Source of the DNA: an uncultured delta proteobacterium
GTDB lineage: Bacteria; Myxococcota; Myxococcia; Myxococcales; Myxococcaceae
Direction of reading: 5' to 3'
Assembly (NCBI GenBank): GCA_963776345.1
Contig: CAVZMH010000003.1
Coordinates: forward strand, 64,001-128,000
DNA length: 64,000 nucleotides
A program made the translations under genes and the position numbers. The stretch's first letter is position 1. Each line of letters opens with the position of its first letter. Of the stretch, positions 1-9,897 are shown one piece after another. The notes beneath the pieces are model-generated. The model was not told the DNA's origin. It made no database searches and worked only from the letters and a program-made list of their open reading frames with translations.

Positions 1-472
1 CATCGAGGACACCGGGCTGCCGGCGCTGCTCCGGGATGCGCAGGTGCTTCCCATCTGGGAGGGGACCACCAACGTCCTCTCCCTCGACCTGCTCCGCGCG
101 CTCGCCGGCGAGGCCGGGCTGCGCGACGTCGACGCCGAGGTGAACCGGGCGCTGGGGGCGGCCAACGATGCGGCGCTCGCCCCGGTCCGGACGCGCGCCC
201 GGGCGTTGATGGACGCCGCCGCCGCCTGGTTCCGATCGGCCCATGACGCCGGCCCCGCGCAGATCGAGGGTGGCGCGCGGCGGTTCGCGCTCGCCGTGGG
301 ACGCGCCCTGCAGCTCGCGCTCGCGGCCGAGCACGCCCAGTGGCAGCTCGGGCGGGGCGACCGGAGCGGCGTCGCCGTCGCCCGGCAGCTGGTGGCCCTC
401 AGCCCGGTGCCCGACCTGGTCGCCGTGCTCTCGGCCGACGAGGCGCGGACCGCGGCCGGGTTCGAGCGCTGA
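1..472 (+). CDS. Acyl-CoA dehydrogenase (AidB-like), C-terminal part; begins before the window
   Basis: Reads IEDTGLPALLRDAQVLPIWEGTTNVLSLD, the acyl-CoA dehydrogenase C-terminal IWEGTxN motif. Confidence 0.85.
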   Translation, partial: IEDTGLPALLRDAQVLPIWEGTTNVLSLDLLRALAGEAGLRDVDAEVNRALGAANDAALAPVRTRARALMDAAAAWFRSAHDAGPAQIEGGARRFALAVGRALQLALAAEHAQWQLGRGDRSGVAVARQLVALSPVPDLVAVLSADEARTAAGFER

Positions 473-475
473 GGC

Positions 476-2032
476 TCAGAACCGGTAACCCACGCCGAGC
501 GCCACCCGGACCGCGAACGACGGGCCGAAGCTGGTGGTCGTGGTGGCGGTCGACTCGTTCTTGAACAGGTACGTCGCGCCGGCCACGGTCAGGTAGATGT
601 ACGTGCGGGCGCCGAGGTCCCGGCTCACCGACACCGCCGGGGTGAGTTGCAGCGCGGCGGTGGTCCGGGGCGGCGCGGTGCCGGACGTGGTGAAGGACTG
701 GTTGAGCAACGCCGCGCCGATGGTCAGCCCGACCTCGATGGACACCGGCGCCAGGTCCCAGACGTGCGACCCCTGCAGCTCGACGTCGAACTGGTCGGTG
801 GTGGCCTGGAGCCCGCCGTTCGTGTAGCCGGTCCGGCACCAGGCGACGCGCGGGACGAGGGTGATGGGCCGGAGCGCGATGGCCAGACCCACCGCCACGC
901 CCGGGCAGAGCCCGGCATCGCTCACCAGCGAGGTCCGCATCCGTGCCTCGGCCTCCAGCGAGAGCACCGAGTCCCGGCTGCCCTCGCCCTTGCGCACCAG
1001 CCGTGCGTAGGCCGTGCGCTGCAGCGTCGACTCTTCCACAGTGGCCGTGGAGCCGGGGGCGACGGCCACCGTCCCCTCGAGCAGCACGTCCGACCCGCGC
1101 CCGCGAACGAAGTAGCGGCCGGCTCGGAGCGACAGCCGCCGCACCCGGTCGGCGCTTGCCACCTCGCCCACCACCGCGCCGTCGGCGCTCTCCTGGAAGA
1201 GGAGCCAGCTCTTCCCGGGCGGCAGATCGAGCCAGGCCCGGGTCGGCGAGCGCGCATCCAGCGTGGCCAGTACCAGATCCCCCGCGCCGCGCAGGTCGTA
1301 CTGGAAGGTGGGGTGCTGCGTCCCGGCGAAGGTCCGGCTCGAGGCGCGGAGCGTGGTCTCGTACGCGTACCGGTAGGCCTCGTCGAGCGTCACCCGCCCA
1401 TCGCGGTTCTCGTCCGCCGCGCCGAGGAGCCCCGAGAGGAGCGCGTGGGTGAAGAAGCTTCCCTTGAGCTCGTCCGACTCCTGGCTGTCCTCCGATGCCG
1501 AGCTGGAGGTGAGGAAGACGGCGCCCTCGCCGGCCACCCGCTCGCCGAGCCGGATCTCGAAGGGAGGGATGGGCGTGCCGCCCTTCACCCGGGTGAGCGC
1601 GCCCGAGCGGCAGGCGTCCAGCACCAGCAGCCGGAAGGCCGCGGCGGATCCGCGCACCAGCTGCTCCAGCTCGCCCAGCTCCAGCCGGCTGCTCCCGAGG
1701 TGCAGCGCCCCGGCGTCGGCGTGGCCCGAGTAGTAGACCAGGAGCACCGTGGAGCGGCCCGCGGTGCGGACCCGCTCGTTCACCGCGATCAGCGCCCGGC
1801 GCACGGTGTCCGCGTCCTTCCCCTGTAGCAGGACGGTGTTCTCGGGCCGGACGCCGCCGACCTCCTGGAGCACCGAGGCCACGCGTGCCGCGTCCATCTC
1901 CGCGTAGCGCAGCGGCAGGTCGGGCCCTTGCCCGAGGTTGTTCCCCACCACCACCGCGTAGCGCTCCACGTCGGCCAGCGCGGCCGTGGGCAGCAGCAGC
2001 GCCAGCGCGGTCAGCGCTTGACGAAGCTCCAC
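476..2032 (-). CDS. Exported caspase-family (peptidase C14-like) protein with a probable C-terminal outer-membrane beta-barrel
   Basis: Probable GTG start at 2032; signal peptide ...LALLLPTAALA-DVE; RYAVVVGNN..LRYAEMDA; His-Cys dyad motifs YYSGHA and LDACRSG; C-terminus has amphipathic strands ending VALGVGYRF. Confidence 0.85.
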   Translation of the reverse strand: MELRQALTALALLLPTAALADVERYAVVVGNNLGQGPDLPLRYAEMDAARVASVLQEVGGVRPENTVLLQGKDADTVRRALIAVNERVRTAGRSTVLLVYYSGHADAGALHLGSSRLELGELEQLVRGSAAAFRLLVLDACRSGALTRVKGGTPIPPFEIRLGERVAGEGAVFLTSSSASEDSQESDELKGSFFTHALLSGLLGAADENRDGRVTLDEAYRYAYETTLRASSRTFAGTQHPTFQYDLRGAGDLVLATLDARSPTRAWLDLPPGKSWLLFQESADGAVVGEVASADRVRRLSLRAGRYFVRGRGSDVLLEGTVAVAPGSTATVEESTLQRTAYARLVRKGEGSRDSVLSLEAEARMRTSLVSDAGLCPGVAVGLAIALRPITLVPRVAWCRTGYTNGGLQATTDQFDVELQGSHVWDLAPVSIEVGLTIGAALLNQSFTTSGTAPPRTTAALQLTPAVSVSRDLGARTYIYLTVAGATYLFKNESTATTTTSFGPSFAVRVALGVGYRF

Positions 2033-2733
2033 CGGAGACCCTGGCAATCGGTGGGCAGCGGCGCCGCGTCCTGGGCCTGCTGCAGCGCGAGCCGGATGGG
2101 CTCCAGCTCCACCGGCGCGGTGCAGAACAGGCCCAGCAGCCGCTCCTCGCCGGTGGTGGCGTCGAGGCGCGTGCCGAGCGGCAGCGGCACCTCGGCCCCG
2201 GCCGGCACCTCGGCCGCGCGGGGGCCCTGGGGGAAGTAGACGGAGGCCCTGCCCGCCGGGTCGAGGCTGAGGATCGCGACGAAGGCCGGCGCCGGGGTGC
2301 TCACCGCGAAGCGCACCGCATCGCCCGGGGCGACGCTCTCGCCCGGGGCCGCGCGGCGCACCTCGTCCCCGTGCTGGACGTACATGACCAGCCCGACTCC
2401 GGCCCCCTTGCGGCGCTCGCCCGTGCCTCCGGTCCGGAGCATCAGGAGGACGGAGGCGGCCAGGGCCAGGCCGAGGCCCGCGGCGGCGGCGGCCCTGGGC
2501 ACCGGGCGGCGCAGCGGCGGCCGGGCCAGCAGCGCGGCGGGGAGGGGCAGGGCGCGAACCTCCTCGCGCACGCCCCGCATCCCGGCCACCGCGGTGCTGC
2601 AGGCGGCGCAGGTCGAGAGGTGCGTGCCGACGCTCTCGGCGTCCGCCGCGTCGAGCTCGCCCATCATCCACCGGTCGAGGCGCAGGGCGGAGAGGCAGGC
2701 ATTCCAGCTGAGGGGGGTGGTGGCGAGGTTCAT
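2011..2733 (-). CDS. Membrane anti-sigma factor: zf-HC2 (ZAS) motif, TM helix, DUF4384-like C-terminal domain
   Basis: HLSTCAAC (HxxxCxxC), hydrophobic segment AAAAAGLGLALAASVLLML, then PGDAVRF..VYFP..ERLLGLFC; directly downstream of an ECF sigma gene. Confidence 0.8.
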   Translation of the reverse strand: MNLATTPLSWNACLSALRLDRWMMGELDAADAESVGTHLSTCAACSTAVAGMRGVREEVRALPLPAALLARPPLRRPVPRAAAAAGLGLALAASVLLMLRTGGTGERRKGAGVGLVMYVQHGDEVRRAAPGESVAPGDAVRFAVSTPAPAFVAILSLDPAGRASVYFPQGPRAAEVPAGAEVPLPLGTRLDATTGEERLLGLFCTAPVELEPIRLALQQAQDAAPLPTDCQGLRWSFVKR

Positions 2734-3218
2734 GCGGTCTGCTCCGCGCGGTCCCAGAGGCCCTGGGCGCGCTCGAGGAGGTAGCCCACCTGGCGCCGGG
2801 AGCAGCCGAGCAGCTCGGCGACCTCGGCATGGGTCATCCCGTCCAGGTGGTGGTAGACGACAGCCGCTGCCACGTCATCGGGCAGCAGGGCCAGGAGCCG
2901 GCGCACCTCGGCGGCGGCCTCGCCGCGGGGACCTCCGGCCTCGGCCATCCCGGGGCGGACGTGCAGCTCGAGCACCCGGGCGCCGGTGCGCGCCTTCCGC
3001 AGCTGGTTCAGGCAGTGGTGGGTGGTGGCCTGGTACAGCCAGCCGACGATCGACCCGGCCGAGCGGACGGCGTCGGGGTTCCGGACCAGCGCGGTGAAGA
3101 TGTCTTGAAGCGCCTCGCGCGCATCGGCCTCGCTGCCCAGCAGCGTCCGGGCGCGCCGGAGGACCACGTGCCCGTGCGAGCGGTAGAGGCCGGCGATGGC
3201 CGGGGCGTCGAGGATCAT
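2730..3218 (-). CDS. ECF RNA polymerase sigma factor
   Basis: ATG 3218 overlaps the upstream stop (ATGA); region 2 DAREALQDIF..GWLY; region 4 DGMTHAEVAELLGCSRRQV. Confidence 0.9.
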   Translation of the reverse strand: MILDAPAIAGLYRSHGHVVLRRARTLLGSEADAREALQDIFTALVRNPDAVRSAGSIVGWLYQATTHHCLNQLRKARTGARVLELHVRPGMAEAGGPRGEAAAEVRRLLALLPDDVAAAVVYHHLDGMTHAEVAELLGCSRRQVGYLLERAQGLWDRAEQTA

Positions 3219-3934
3219 GGGCAGCCCGCGTCCGGTCCGCCCTGGCCTCCATCGAGCCGGAGCACGATGAGGTCGTCCACGGTGGTGGGCTGCAGCCGGT
3301 ACGGCGCCTTGCAGTACGCCCGGGCCGTCCCCGGCGCGGCGGTGCCGTCGTCCTGGACGCCGCGGCGGACCAGCTCGGCGACGCACGCCTCGAGCTCGGC
3401 CGGGGTGAGGCAGCCGGAGACCGGCAGCACGCGCACCAGGTGGTACCCCGTGCCGAGCGCCCCGCCCAGCCACCACTCGGTGAGCGAGTTCGGCGGAACG
3501 TCGGACTCGAGGTACATCACCCAGTGGTCCGCGTCGTAGGTGTAGCTGGCGTTGAACGCCGTGGGCAGGCTGGGCACCTGCTGCGCGGACAGCCCGTACG
3601 GGACGGCGGCGGCATTGGCGCGGGCCCAGCGCGGCGCCCCGGTGGCGAGCGCGCGGAACGCGGCATCCGGCGGCGGCGTGTAGAGCCGGAGGATGAAGCT
3701 GGCCGGGAAGCCGGAGGTGACCGGCGCCCGCGTCGCGAGCTCCTGGTCCTCGGTCCCCGGAGGCGGCCCACGCTGCCAGAGCATCGCCGCCTCGAGCGGA
3801 GGCAGCGCGCCCGTGCTCTCGACGCGGCCGCGGAGGGTGACCAGGGCCTCGCCCTGGTAGGCGGGGTCGGTCTGGGCGTCGCAAGCCACCAGCGCCGCCA
3901 CGGCGACGCCGGTCAGTGCCGCCGCGCGCGTCAT
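3215..3934 (-). CDS. Uncharacterised lipoprotein
   Basis: MTRAAALTGVAVAALVAC lipobox; TGATG coupling to the upstream gene; several Cys in the C-terminal part. Confidence 0.7.
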   Translation of the reverse strand: MTRAAALTGVAVAALVACDAQTDPAYQGEALVTLRGRVESTGALPPLEAAMLWQRGPPPGTEDQELATRAPVTSGFPASFILRLYTPPPDAAFRALATGAPRWARANAAAVPYGLSAQQVPSLPTAFNASYTYDADHWVMYLESDVPPNSLTEWWLGGALGTGYHLVRVLPVSGCLTPAELEACVAELVRRGVQDDGTAAPGTARAYCKAPYRLQPTTVDDLIVLRLDGGQGGPDAGCP

Positions 3935-5964
3935 CAGTAGGCGAGCGGCGGGAACTTCACGGTCTGCAGCCACACCGGCAAGCTTGCCACCTTGGCCGAG
4001 CGCACGCCCGCGTCGCTGATCGCGTAGACGAACTGTCCGTCCGCGGAGTCGGCGAGGATGCCGCGGCGGATCCACGGCGACCAGCTCCAGCTCCAGCCCT
4101 CGCCCGACCAGGTCTGGTAGACGTCGGCCATGGAGAGGCTCCCCAGCGCCTGGATGCCGCTCGCCGGGTCGACCTTGAAGAGCCGGAGGTCGGAGACGAA
4201 GTTGGTGTTGCCGTAGTCGGCGAAGGGGATGGCGAGCATCTTCTGCGCCGGGAGCCAGGTGAACGCCTTCGGATCCCACAGCGCGTCCGAGTACGACCAT
4301 CCCTGACCCACCAGCTGGACGGCCTGCACCGCGGGCGCGGCGAGGTCGGTGACGTCGAGGAGTGCGACCTTGAGCTGCATCATCCCGCCGGCGCCGGGCT
4401 CCCGGCCGATGCCGAGGAGATGCGTGTCGTCGATGGGATGCAGGTAGGAGATGAAGCCGGGCATCTGCAGCTCACCCACCTTGGTCGGGTGGGCCGGGTC
4501 GGTCAGGTCGAAGGTGAACAGGGGGTCCACCTGCCGGGCGGTGATGACGAAGCCGCGCGTGCCGACGAAGCGCGTGCCGAAGGTCTGCTCGTCCGCGCCG
4601 TAGTCGTCGGTCTTCCCGGTGAGCTTCAAGGATCCTGCGTCGAGCCTGAGGACCGAGATGCGGTTCGAGGCCTTCAAGGTGCCCCAGGTCGTGCCGTCCG
4701 CCACCCGGGTGGTGAGGTGGGTGGCCACGCGGAGCGCGCCGCTGAACTCGTCCATCCCGTACTGGTCGCGCACCGTTCCCTCGACGGTCCCCGAGCCGAG
4801 GTACGGAGCACGGTCCGGATCGCGCAGGTCGAAGGCGTGCACGTACGTCGCGTCGCTCTGCCCGGGCTCCGGCCACCACCACCAGTGGGCGGTGGCCACG
4901 TAGAGCGTGTCCTTCGAGGCGTAGATCGTCCCCGGCTCGGCGAGCACCGCGGTCCGGCTCTTCAGCGAGTCGGTGGTGAGGTCGACCGTGGCCACGGTGA
5001 GCAGGCCGGGACGGGTCGGGGCGGAGCTGAGCGCGAAGTCGCTGCAGTTGTAGCTGATGGGCGTGGTGCTCCCGCCGGGGATGCGGACCTCACCCTTCCG
5101 GAGCCAGTCGTCGAGGGAGCGGCCGCGGATCAGCGCCTCGTTGGCTGCCTCCAGCGCGTCGAAGGCCTTGTTCCGGTCGTCCGCGCTGGCGCCGGGCGGG
5201 AGGTCGGCCCAGTACTTGATCCCGTCGGGATAAGGAAAGGTGTCGGACATCACCAGCCGCACGCGCTGATCGATGCGGCGGGCGGACTGGTACGAGCCGG
5301 GGAGGAGAATCTCCGCGGTGACCTTGGGATTGGACATGTCGGTCACGTCGACGGTGGTGAGCTCGGTGACATCGCTCGCCCAGTAGCCGCAGAAGGCCAA
5401 GGGGTCCCCCGGCCCCACCGGCGCGCAGATCGGATGCGTGCCCTCGATCGCCCGCGGGATGTAGACGGTGCTGAAGACCACCACCTGGTTGCCGGCGAGG
5501 AACATGTCCCTGGGCCAGCCGTCGATCTTCAGGCTCGCGGTCTCGGCCATGGCCTGCGGGGGCCACGAGGAGATGAGGTGCAGCCGGCCACCGGCGAGCA
5601 CGGCGATCCGCGTGCCGTCGTTCTGGACGAAGTCCGCCTCGTCCACCCCGGCGACCTGGGTGTTGGTGGTGCTGACACTGGTCGGGCCCGCCCCCGGAGT
5701 CGCGGCGACCGGGCCGGCGCCGGCGCCCACCGGCACCCCGCCCACGCCGATGTAGTAGTCGCCCTTTCGGATCTGCTCGATGTTGCTCTTCATCTCCAGG
5801 ACCAGCGCGTCCTCGATCGCCTTCTCGAGCTGGCCACAGCTCGTCACCTGGGTGAGCCGTGGGCTCCGGTCGACGCCCAGCGGCGTGGGCACGGGGTTGC
5901 TCGACGAGCTCGAGCAGGCAGCAAGGAGGCAGAGGAGCAGGGCAGCCAGGGCTGAACGGGTCAT
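3934..5964 (-). CDS. Beta-propeller domain lipoprotein (Beta_propel/COG4880-like)
   Basis: Lipobox LLAAC; family motifs STTNTQVAGVDEADFV and QVDPLFTFDL..GELQMPGFISYLHP. Confidence 0.85.
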   Translation of the reverse strand: MTRSALAALLLCLLAACSSSSSNPVPTPLGVDRSPRLTQVTSCGQLEKAIEDALVLEMKSNIEQIRKGDYYIGVGGVPVGAGAGPVAATPGAGPTSVSTTNTQVAGVDEADFVQNDGTRIAVLAGGRLHLISSWPPQAMAETASLKIDGWPRDMFLAGNQVVVFSTVYIPRAIEGTHPICAPVGPGDPLAFCGYWASDVTELTTVDVTDMSNPKVTAEILLPGSYQSARRIDQRVRLVMSDTFPYPDGIKYWADLPPGASADDRNKAFDALEAANEALIRGRSLDDWLRKGEVRIPGGSTTPISYNCSDFALSSAPTRPGLLTVATVDLTTDSLKSRTAVLAEPGTIYASKDTLYVATAHWWWWPEPGQSDATYVHAFDLRDPDRAPYLGSGTVEGTVRDQYGMDEFSGALRVATHLTTRVADGTTWGTLKASNRISVLRLDAGSLKLTGKTDDYGADEQTFGTRFVGTRGFVITARQVDPLFTFDLTDPAHPTKVGELQMPGFISYLHPIDDTHLLGIGREPGAGGMMQLKVALLDVTDLAAPAVQAVQLVGQGWSYSDALWDPKAFTWLPAQKMLAIPFADYGNTNFVSDLRLFKVDPASGIQALGSLSMADVYQTWSGEGWSWSWSPWIRRGILADSADGQFVYAISDAGVRSAKVASLPVWLQTVKFPPLAY

Positions 5965-5997
5965 TCGGATCTCCGGGGACGCTCTTCGCACAGCCCC

Positions 5998-6025
5998 TTG
6001 GACCCCGAGCCACCCATTTGTGGCA
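5998..6025 (-). promoter_or_regulatory. Candidate ECF-type promoter of the caspase operon (TGCCACA-N13-GGGTCCAA)
   Basis: About 35 bp upstream of the first gene; resembles the TGTCACC-N14-GCATCCAA motif found twice near 33 kb. Confidence 0.35.
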
Positions 6026-6050
6026 AAGCTTCGTGGGGTCGTACCCACAC

Positions 6051-7502
6051 CTACCCCGCGTCTGCTCCAGCGGGGGAGGGCGGCGGGGGCGGGAGCAGGT
6101 CGGCGGGTCGGGTCGGGAAATCTCTAAGTCGCCCCGGGTCGACGACCACCACCCGGCCGCGGTCGTCGCGGACGAAGGTCCCCGGCGGCTTCTTCGCCGT
6201 TCCTCCCAGGGCGAGGCTCCCGAGCGCCTTCCCGTCCTGCCCCTCGAGGGTGACGGTGCGCGCGGTCGGCCCGAGGCCGGTGGTCTTTGCATCCGAGGGG
6301 AGCTTCTCGTCCGTCGCCTCGGCACGGAGCGAGGTCAGGCCGTACAGCAGCGCGCTTGCCTTGAAGCCGTCCGCCACGCCCTCGGTCGGTGCGCGGAGCC
6401 GCCAACCCTCGGCCCCGCCGTCGGCCGGGCGATCGCGCTCGAGCAGGAGCGCCGAGGCCCCGCTGCCGATGCGGATGCGTGCCACGTCCTCCGGCCGCGC
6501 GTGGAGGACGGTGCGGTCGCGCAGCTCGGAGGGGCTCCTGTCGAGGGCGGTGAGCGCGGTCCGCGGCACCTCGGACAGCGTGGACCCGAACTGGTCCTCT
6601 CGCAGGGCGTAGATCGGGTCCGTCTCCGCCTTCCCCGCCGCGAGGCGCACCCGCACCGTCTCGGTGGTTCCGCGCTGAAAGGTCGCCTCGACGACGGGCT
6701 TCTCGACGCCGGTGCGCTTCCGCTCCGCGGGAGAGTCCTCGAGGTAGCGGGTGGCCTTGGTGCTGCGCAGCGCGCTGAGCCAGCCCGAGATCGCCGCGGT
6801 GTCCGCGTCCTCCCTCGCCGGCCGCACGAAGGCATAGGGCTGCCCCGGGTCGCGGGCAACGGCCCAGTCATGCTTCCGGCCGCGCACCTCGATGCGGGTC
6901 ACGCCGAGGTCACGGACCGCGAGCACGTCCCGATCGCGGAGGTCGAACGTGCGCCGGTCCAGGCTGGCGCGCGTCGACGCGTCCACCGCGTAGACCCTGG
7001 GGTCTCCCTCGTGCTGGAGGTAGACGCTCGAGTCGTACGGGTTCTCCACGCCGAGCCGGACGGTGAGCGGCTGCACGCCGTCCGCCGACGCGGTCACCTC
7101 GACGCCTGGCTGGTCGAGCCCGAAGCGGTGCAGATCCTCGGCGGTCGGCTTCTCCTCCACCGTGCTTCTCACCCGCGCGTACTGGAGCGCGCCGACGATG
7201 TCCTCGGCGGTCCGCACGTCGGCGGCGGTCTTCAGCGGCCGGGTGATGACCCACGACTGGTCGGGCAGCCGCGCGAGCTCGGTGGTCTCTCCCTTCGCCT
7301 TCACCACCAGCCGGTCGTAGCGGACCTGCTCGGTCCCGCCGTCCGGCCGGGCGACGGGCTGGACCAGGCGCTCGGCGGTGCGCTTCTTCTCGGCCTCGCG
7401 CTCTTCGCTCTTCATCACCCCGAAGTACGCGTAGAGCGCGAGCCCGAGGGCGACCGCGGCCGCCCCCAGCAGGGTCCAGAGGTTCTTGCTCCGGGCGCTC
7501 AT
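6051..7502 (-). CDS. DUF4340-like membrane-anchored protein
   Basis: N-terminal TM; repeated FGLDQP, DLRDRDVL and ELRDRTVL motifs; usual position after GldG. Confidence 0.75.
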   Translation of the reverse strand: MSARSKNLWTLLGAAAVALGLALYAYFGVMKSEEREAEKKRTAERLVQPVARPDGGTEQVRYDRLVVKAKGETTELARLPDQSWVITRPLKTAADVRTAEDIVGALQYARVRSTVEEKPTAEDLHRFGLDQPGVEVTASADGVQPLTVRLGVENPYDSSVYLQHEGDPRVYAVDASTRASLDRRTFDLRDRDVLAVRDLGVTRIEVRGRKHDWAVARDPGQPYAFVRPAREDADTAAISGWLSALRSTKATRYLEDSPAERKRTGVEKPVVEATFQRGTTETVRVRLAAGKAETDPIYALREDQFGSTLSEVPRTALTALDRSPSELRDRTVLHARPEDVARIRIGSGASALLLERDRPADGGAEGWRLRAPTEGVADGFKASALLYGLTSLRAEATDEKLPSDAKTTGLGPTARTVTLEGQDGKALGSLALGGTAKKPPGTFVRDDRGRVVVVDPGRLRDFPTRPADLLPPPPPSPAGADAG

Positions 7503-7503
7503 C

Positions 7504-9075
7504 TCACTTGTTGCGGCGGTTGAGCCAGATGGCCAGGCCGATCCCCAGCAGGCCGAACGGCACCAGGTCCGTGGCCAGGAACCGGATGCGCGCCAGCCGG
7601 GGCGCGTCGAGGTCGATGGTGGAGATGTCCCGGTCCGGCGGCCGGATGGTGATCTTCTGCACCTGGCTGGTGGCCCAGGCGAAGGCGTTCATCACCATGT
7701 TCCGGTTGGGCTCGTCGCCCCAGTTCGGGTCGACCAGGATCTCCGAGTCGCCGAACGCGACCAGCCGCATCTCCTCGTTCCGCTTCCCCTCGCCGCCGCC
7801 GACGTTGCGCGTGGACTGGAGGATGAGCGGGATGCTCCCCGCCTTGTCGCCGCTCTGGCGCTGCGGGTTCTCGGTGGGCGTCTTCACCTCGAAGGCGTTG
7901 GGGGAGGTGAGGAGCACCGGGGCGACCTGGGTGCCCTCGGCCAGCCCCTCGTGCAGCGCGGTCAGGCCACGCACGGTCGGGAACTGGAGGTTGTACTGGG
8001 CCTTCTTGAGATCCCGCGCGAGCTCGGTGTCGCCGAAGAAGTGCGAGACCACGAGGTACGGGCTCTCGACGGCGTAGACGTCGTCGGCGACCAGCCCCGG
8101 GTCCACTTGGATGCCGGAGCGAGCCAGCAGGGCGTCCAGTCCGGGCTCGGCGGCGGTCTCGGCGAAGTAGAGCATCCGCCCGCCGAGGTCGAGGTACTTC
8201 CCGAGCTGCTCGGCCTCCACCTTCCCGAACTTGCTCCGCGCGCCGGCCACCACCACCAGGGCCGCGTCCTTCGGGATCTCCTTGCCGTCGGCGAGGTTGA
8301 TGGTGCTCGGGACGTACCCTTCCTGGAGCAGCGTCTTCCGCAGCTCGCTCAGCGAGGCCGGGTCCCGCGGCTGCGACGGCTCGAGCGGCCACTCGCCATG
8401 CCCGGTGGTGAAGTAGATCTTCTGCTCGCCGACCGCGTTCAGCTTGATCAGCGCGTTGGTGAGGTCCTGCTCGGTGACCCCGTTGGAGACCGAGACCGTG
8501 GTGTGGTTCTCCTTGTCCCCGGCGCCGCGGGTGAGGACCAGCGTCGTCTGCCCCTCGCGGAGCTGGTACTTCTGCGCGAGGTCCGGGGCCTTCCGCGGGT
8601 CCTTGAACACCACCTCGAAGCGATCCGGCGCCTGCTCCCGGTAGCGCTGGAGCAGCCGGTCCACCTGCTCGTAGTCGGGGTCGCTCGGAGCGAGGAAGGC
8701 GTAGGCCCGCACCTTCTCCTTGAGCGAGCCGAGCGTCGTCTTGGTCTGGGGCGCGAGGGTGAAGATCTTCTTGGTGGTGAGGTCCCAGCTCTTCCCCTTC
8801 CTGGCGACCACGTAGTTCACGGCCACCAGCGCCACGAGCACCACCAGGACCGTGGCGATGGTCGACACCAGGTAGAAGGTGCTCCGGCGCGAGGCGAACT
8901 GGCCGAACTCACCCAGGTTGGTCGCGAAGTACGCCCCCACCAGGAGGACGCCCAGGATCGCCTTCACCGCCGCCATCCACGGCGAGCCGGTGGTCACGAA
9001 GTAGGTGTAGGGGGCCGAGAGCAGCGCCACCAGTCCCAGTGCCCCGAGGATCTTTCCCAGCGTTCGCAGGTTCAT
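7504..9075 (-). CDS. GldG-like ABC transporter auxiliary component
   Basis: WDLTTKKIFTLAPQT, IYFTTGHGE, VVAGA..YLDLGGRML, LVAFGDS..NRNMVMNAFAW; N- and C-terminal TMs. Confidence 0.85.
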   Translation of the reverse strand: MNLRTLGKILGALGLVALLSAPYTYFVTTGSPWMAAVKAILGVLLVGAYFATNLGEFGQFASRRSTFYLVSTIATVLVVLVALVAVNYVVARKGKSWDLTTKKIFTLAPQTKTTLGSLKEKVRAYAFLAPSDPDYEQVDRLLQRYREQAPDRFEVVFKDPRKAPDLAQKYQLREGQTTLVLTRGAGDKENHTTVSVSNGVTEQDLTNALIKLNAVGEQKIYFTTGHGEWPLEPSQPRDPASLSELRKTLLQEGYVPSTINLADGKEIPKDAALVVVAGARSKFGKVEAEQLGKYLDLGGRMLYFAETAAEPGLDALLARSGIQVDPGLVADDVYAVESPYLVVSHFFGDTELARDLKKAQYNLQFPTVRGLTALHEGLAEGTQVAPVLLTSPNAFEVKTPTENPQRQSGDKAGSIPLILQSTRNVGGGEGKRNEEMRLVAFGDSEILVDPNWGDEPNRNMVMNAFAWATSQVQKITIRPPDRDISTIDLDAPRLARIRFLATDLVPFGLLGIGLAIWLNRRNK

Positions 9076-9078
9076 CGG

Positions 9079-9882
9079 TCAGGCCCAGCGCTGCGCTTCC
9101 ACCGTCCGGTGGGTGAGCAAGAGGGAGAAGAGGATCACCGAGGCGAAGAAGACCACGGACTTGAGATCGAGCACCCCGCGGGAGAGCGTGGACAGCTGCG
9201 AGCTGAACGAGAGGTGGTTGGCGATGCTGCGCCATGGCTCCTCGGCGCTCTGGGCGAGGCCGCGCAGCAGCATCCAGGGAAGGAGCACCGCGAAGGTCAG
9301 GAACGCCGCGAGCATCTGGCTCTCGGTGAGCGCGGAGACGAACATCCCCACCCCGAGGCAGGTGGCGCCCCAGAGGAGGAGCCCACCGAAGCCGAGGGCC
9401 ACGGTGCTCCACTCCAGCGCCGTCCCGGACTCGCTCGATCCGAAGAGCGACAGGGTGATGGGGAAGATGATGGTCAGGCCCAGCGTGGCCCAGATGACGC
9501 CGACGCCGCCGAGGTACTTGCCGAGCACGATCTCCCAGGGGCGCACCGGCGCGGTCATCAGGAGCTCGAAGGTCCGGTTGCGCTTCTCCTCGGCGAACAG
9601 CCGCATGGAGAGGAAGGGGGCCACGAACAGGGTGATGACCCCGATCACGTCCCAGAGCTGGACGACGATGCCGTCGGTCAGGTTCTTGAACAGGCCGTAC
9701 TCGGGCGGGAGCCGCGCCCAGCCGTACACCCGGGCCAGGCCCTGCACCTCCTTGAAGGTGGCCAGGAGGTTGACGAAGAAGAAGGAGGAGATGCCGAGCA
9801 TCGCGGTGAAGACCACGTAGGCCCACGGCGTGCTGAAGTAGATGCCCAGCTCCTTGCGGGCGATGGCCAGCGCGTTGCGCAT
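9079..9882 (-). CDS. ABC-2 type permease (GldF-like)
   Basis: IARKELGIYFSTPWAY and SMRLFAEEKRNRTFELLMTAPV..IVLGKY; multiple TMs. Confidence 0.9.
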   Translation of the reverse strand: MRNALAIARKELGIYFSTPWAYVVFTAMLGISSFFFVNLLATFKEVQGLARVYGWARLPPEYGLFKNLTDGIVVQLWDVIGVITLFVAPFLSMRLFAEEKRNRTFELLMTAPVRPWEIVLGKYLGGVGVIWATLGLTIIFPITLSLFGSSESGTALEWSTVALGFGGLLLWGATCLGVGMFVSALTESQMLAAFLTFAVLLPWMLLRGLAQSAEEPWRSIANHLSFSSQLSTLSRGVLDLKSVVFFASVILFSLLLTHRTVEAQRWA

Positions 9883-9897
9883 GCGGGTCGTGCTCCG

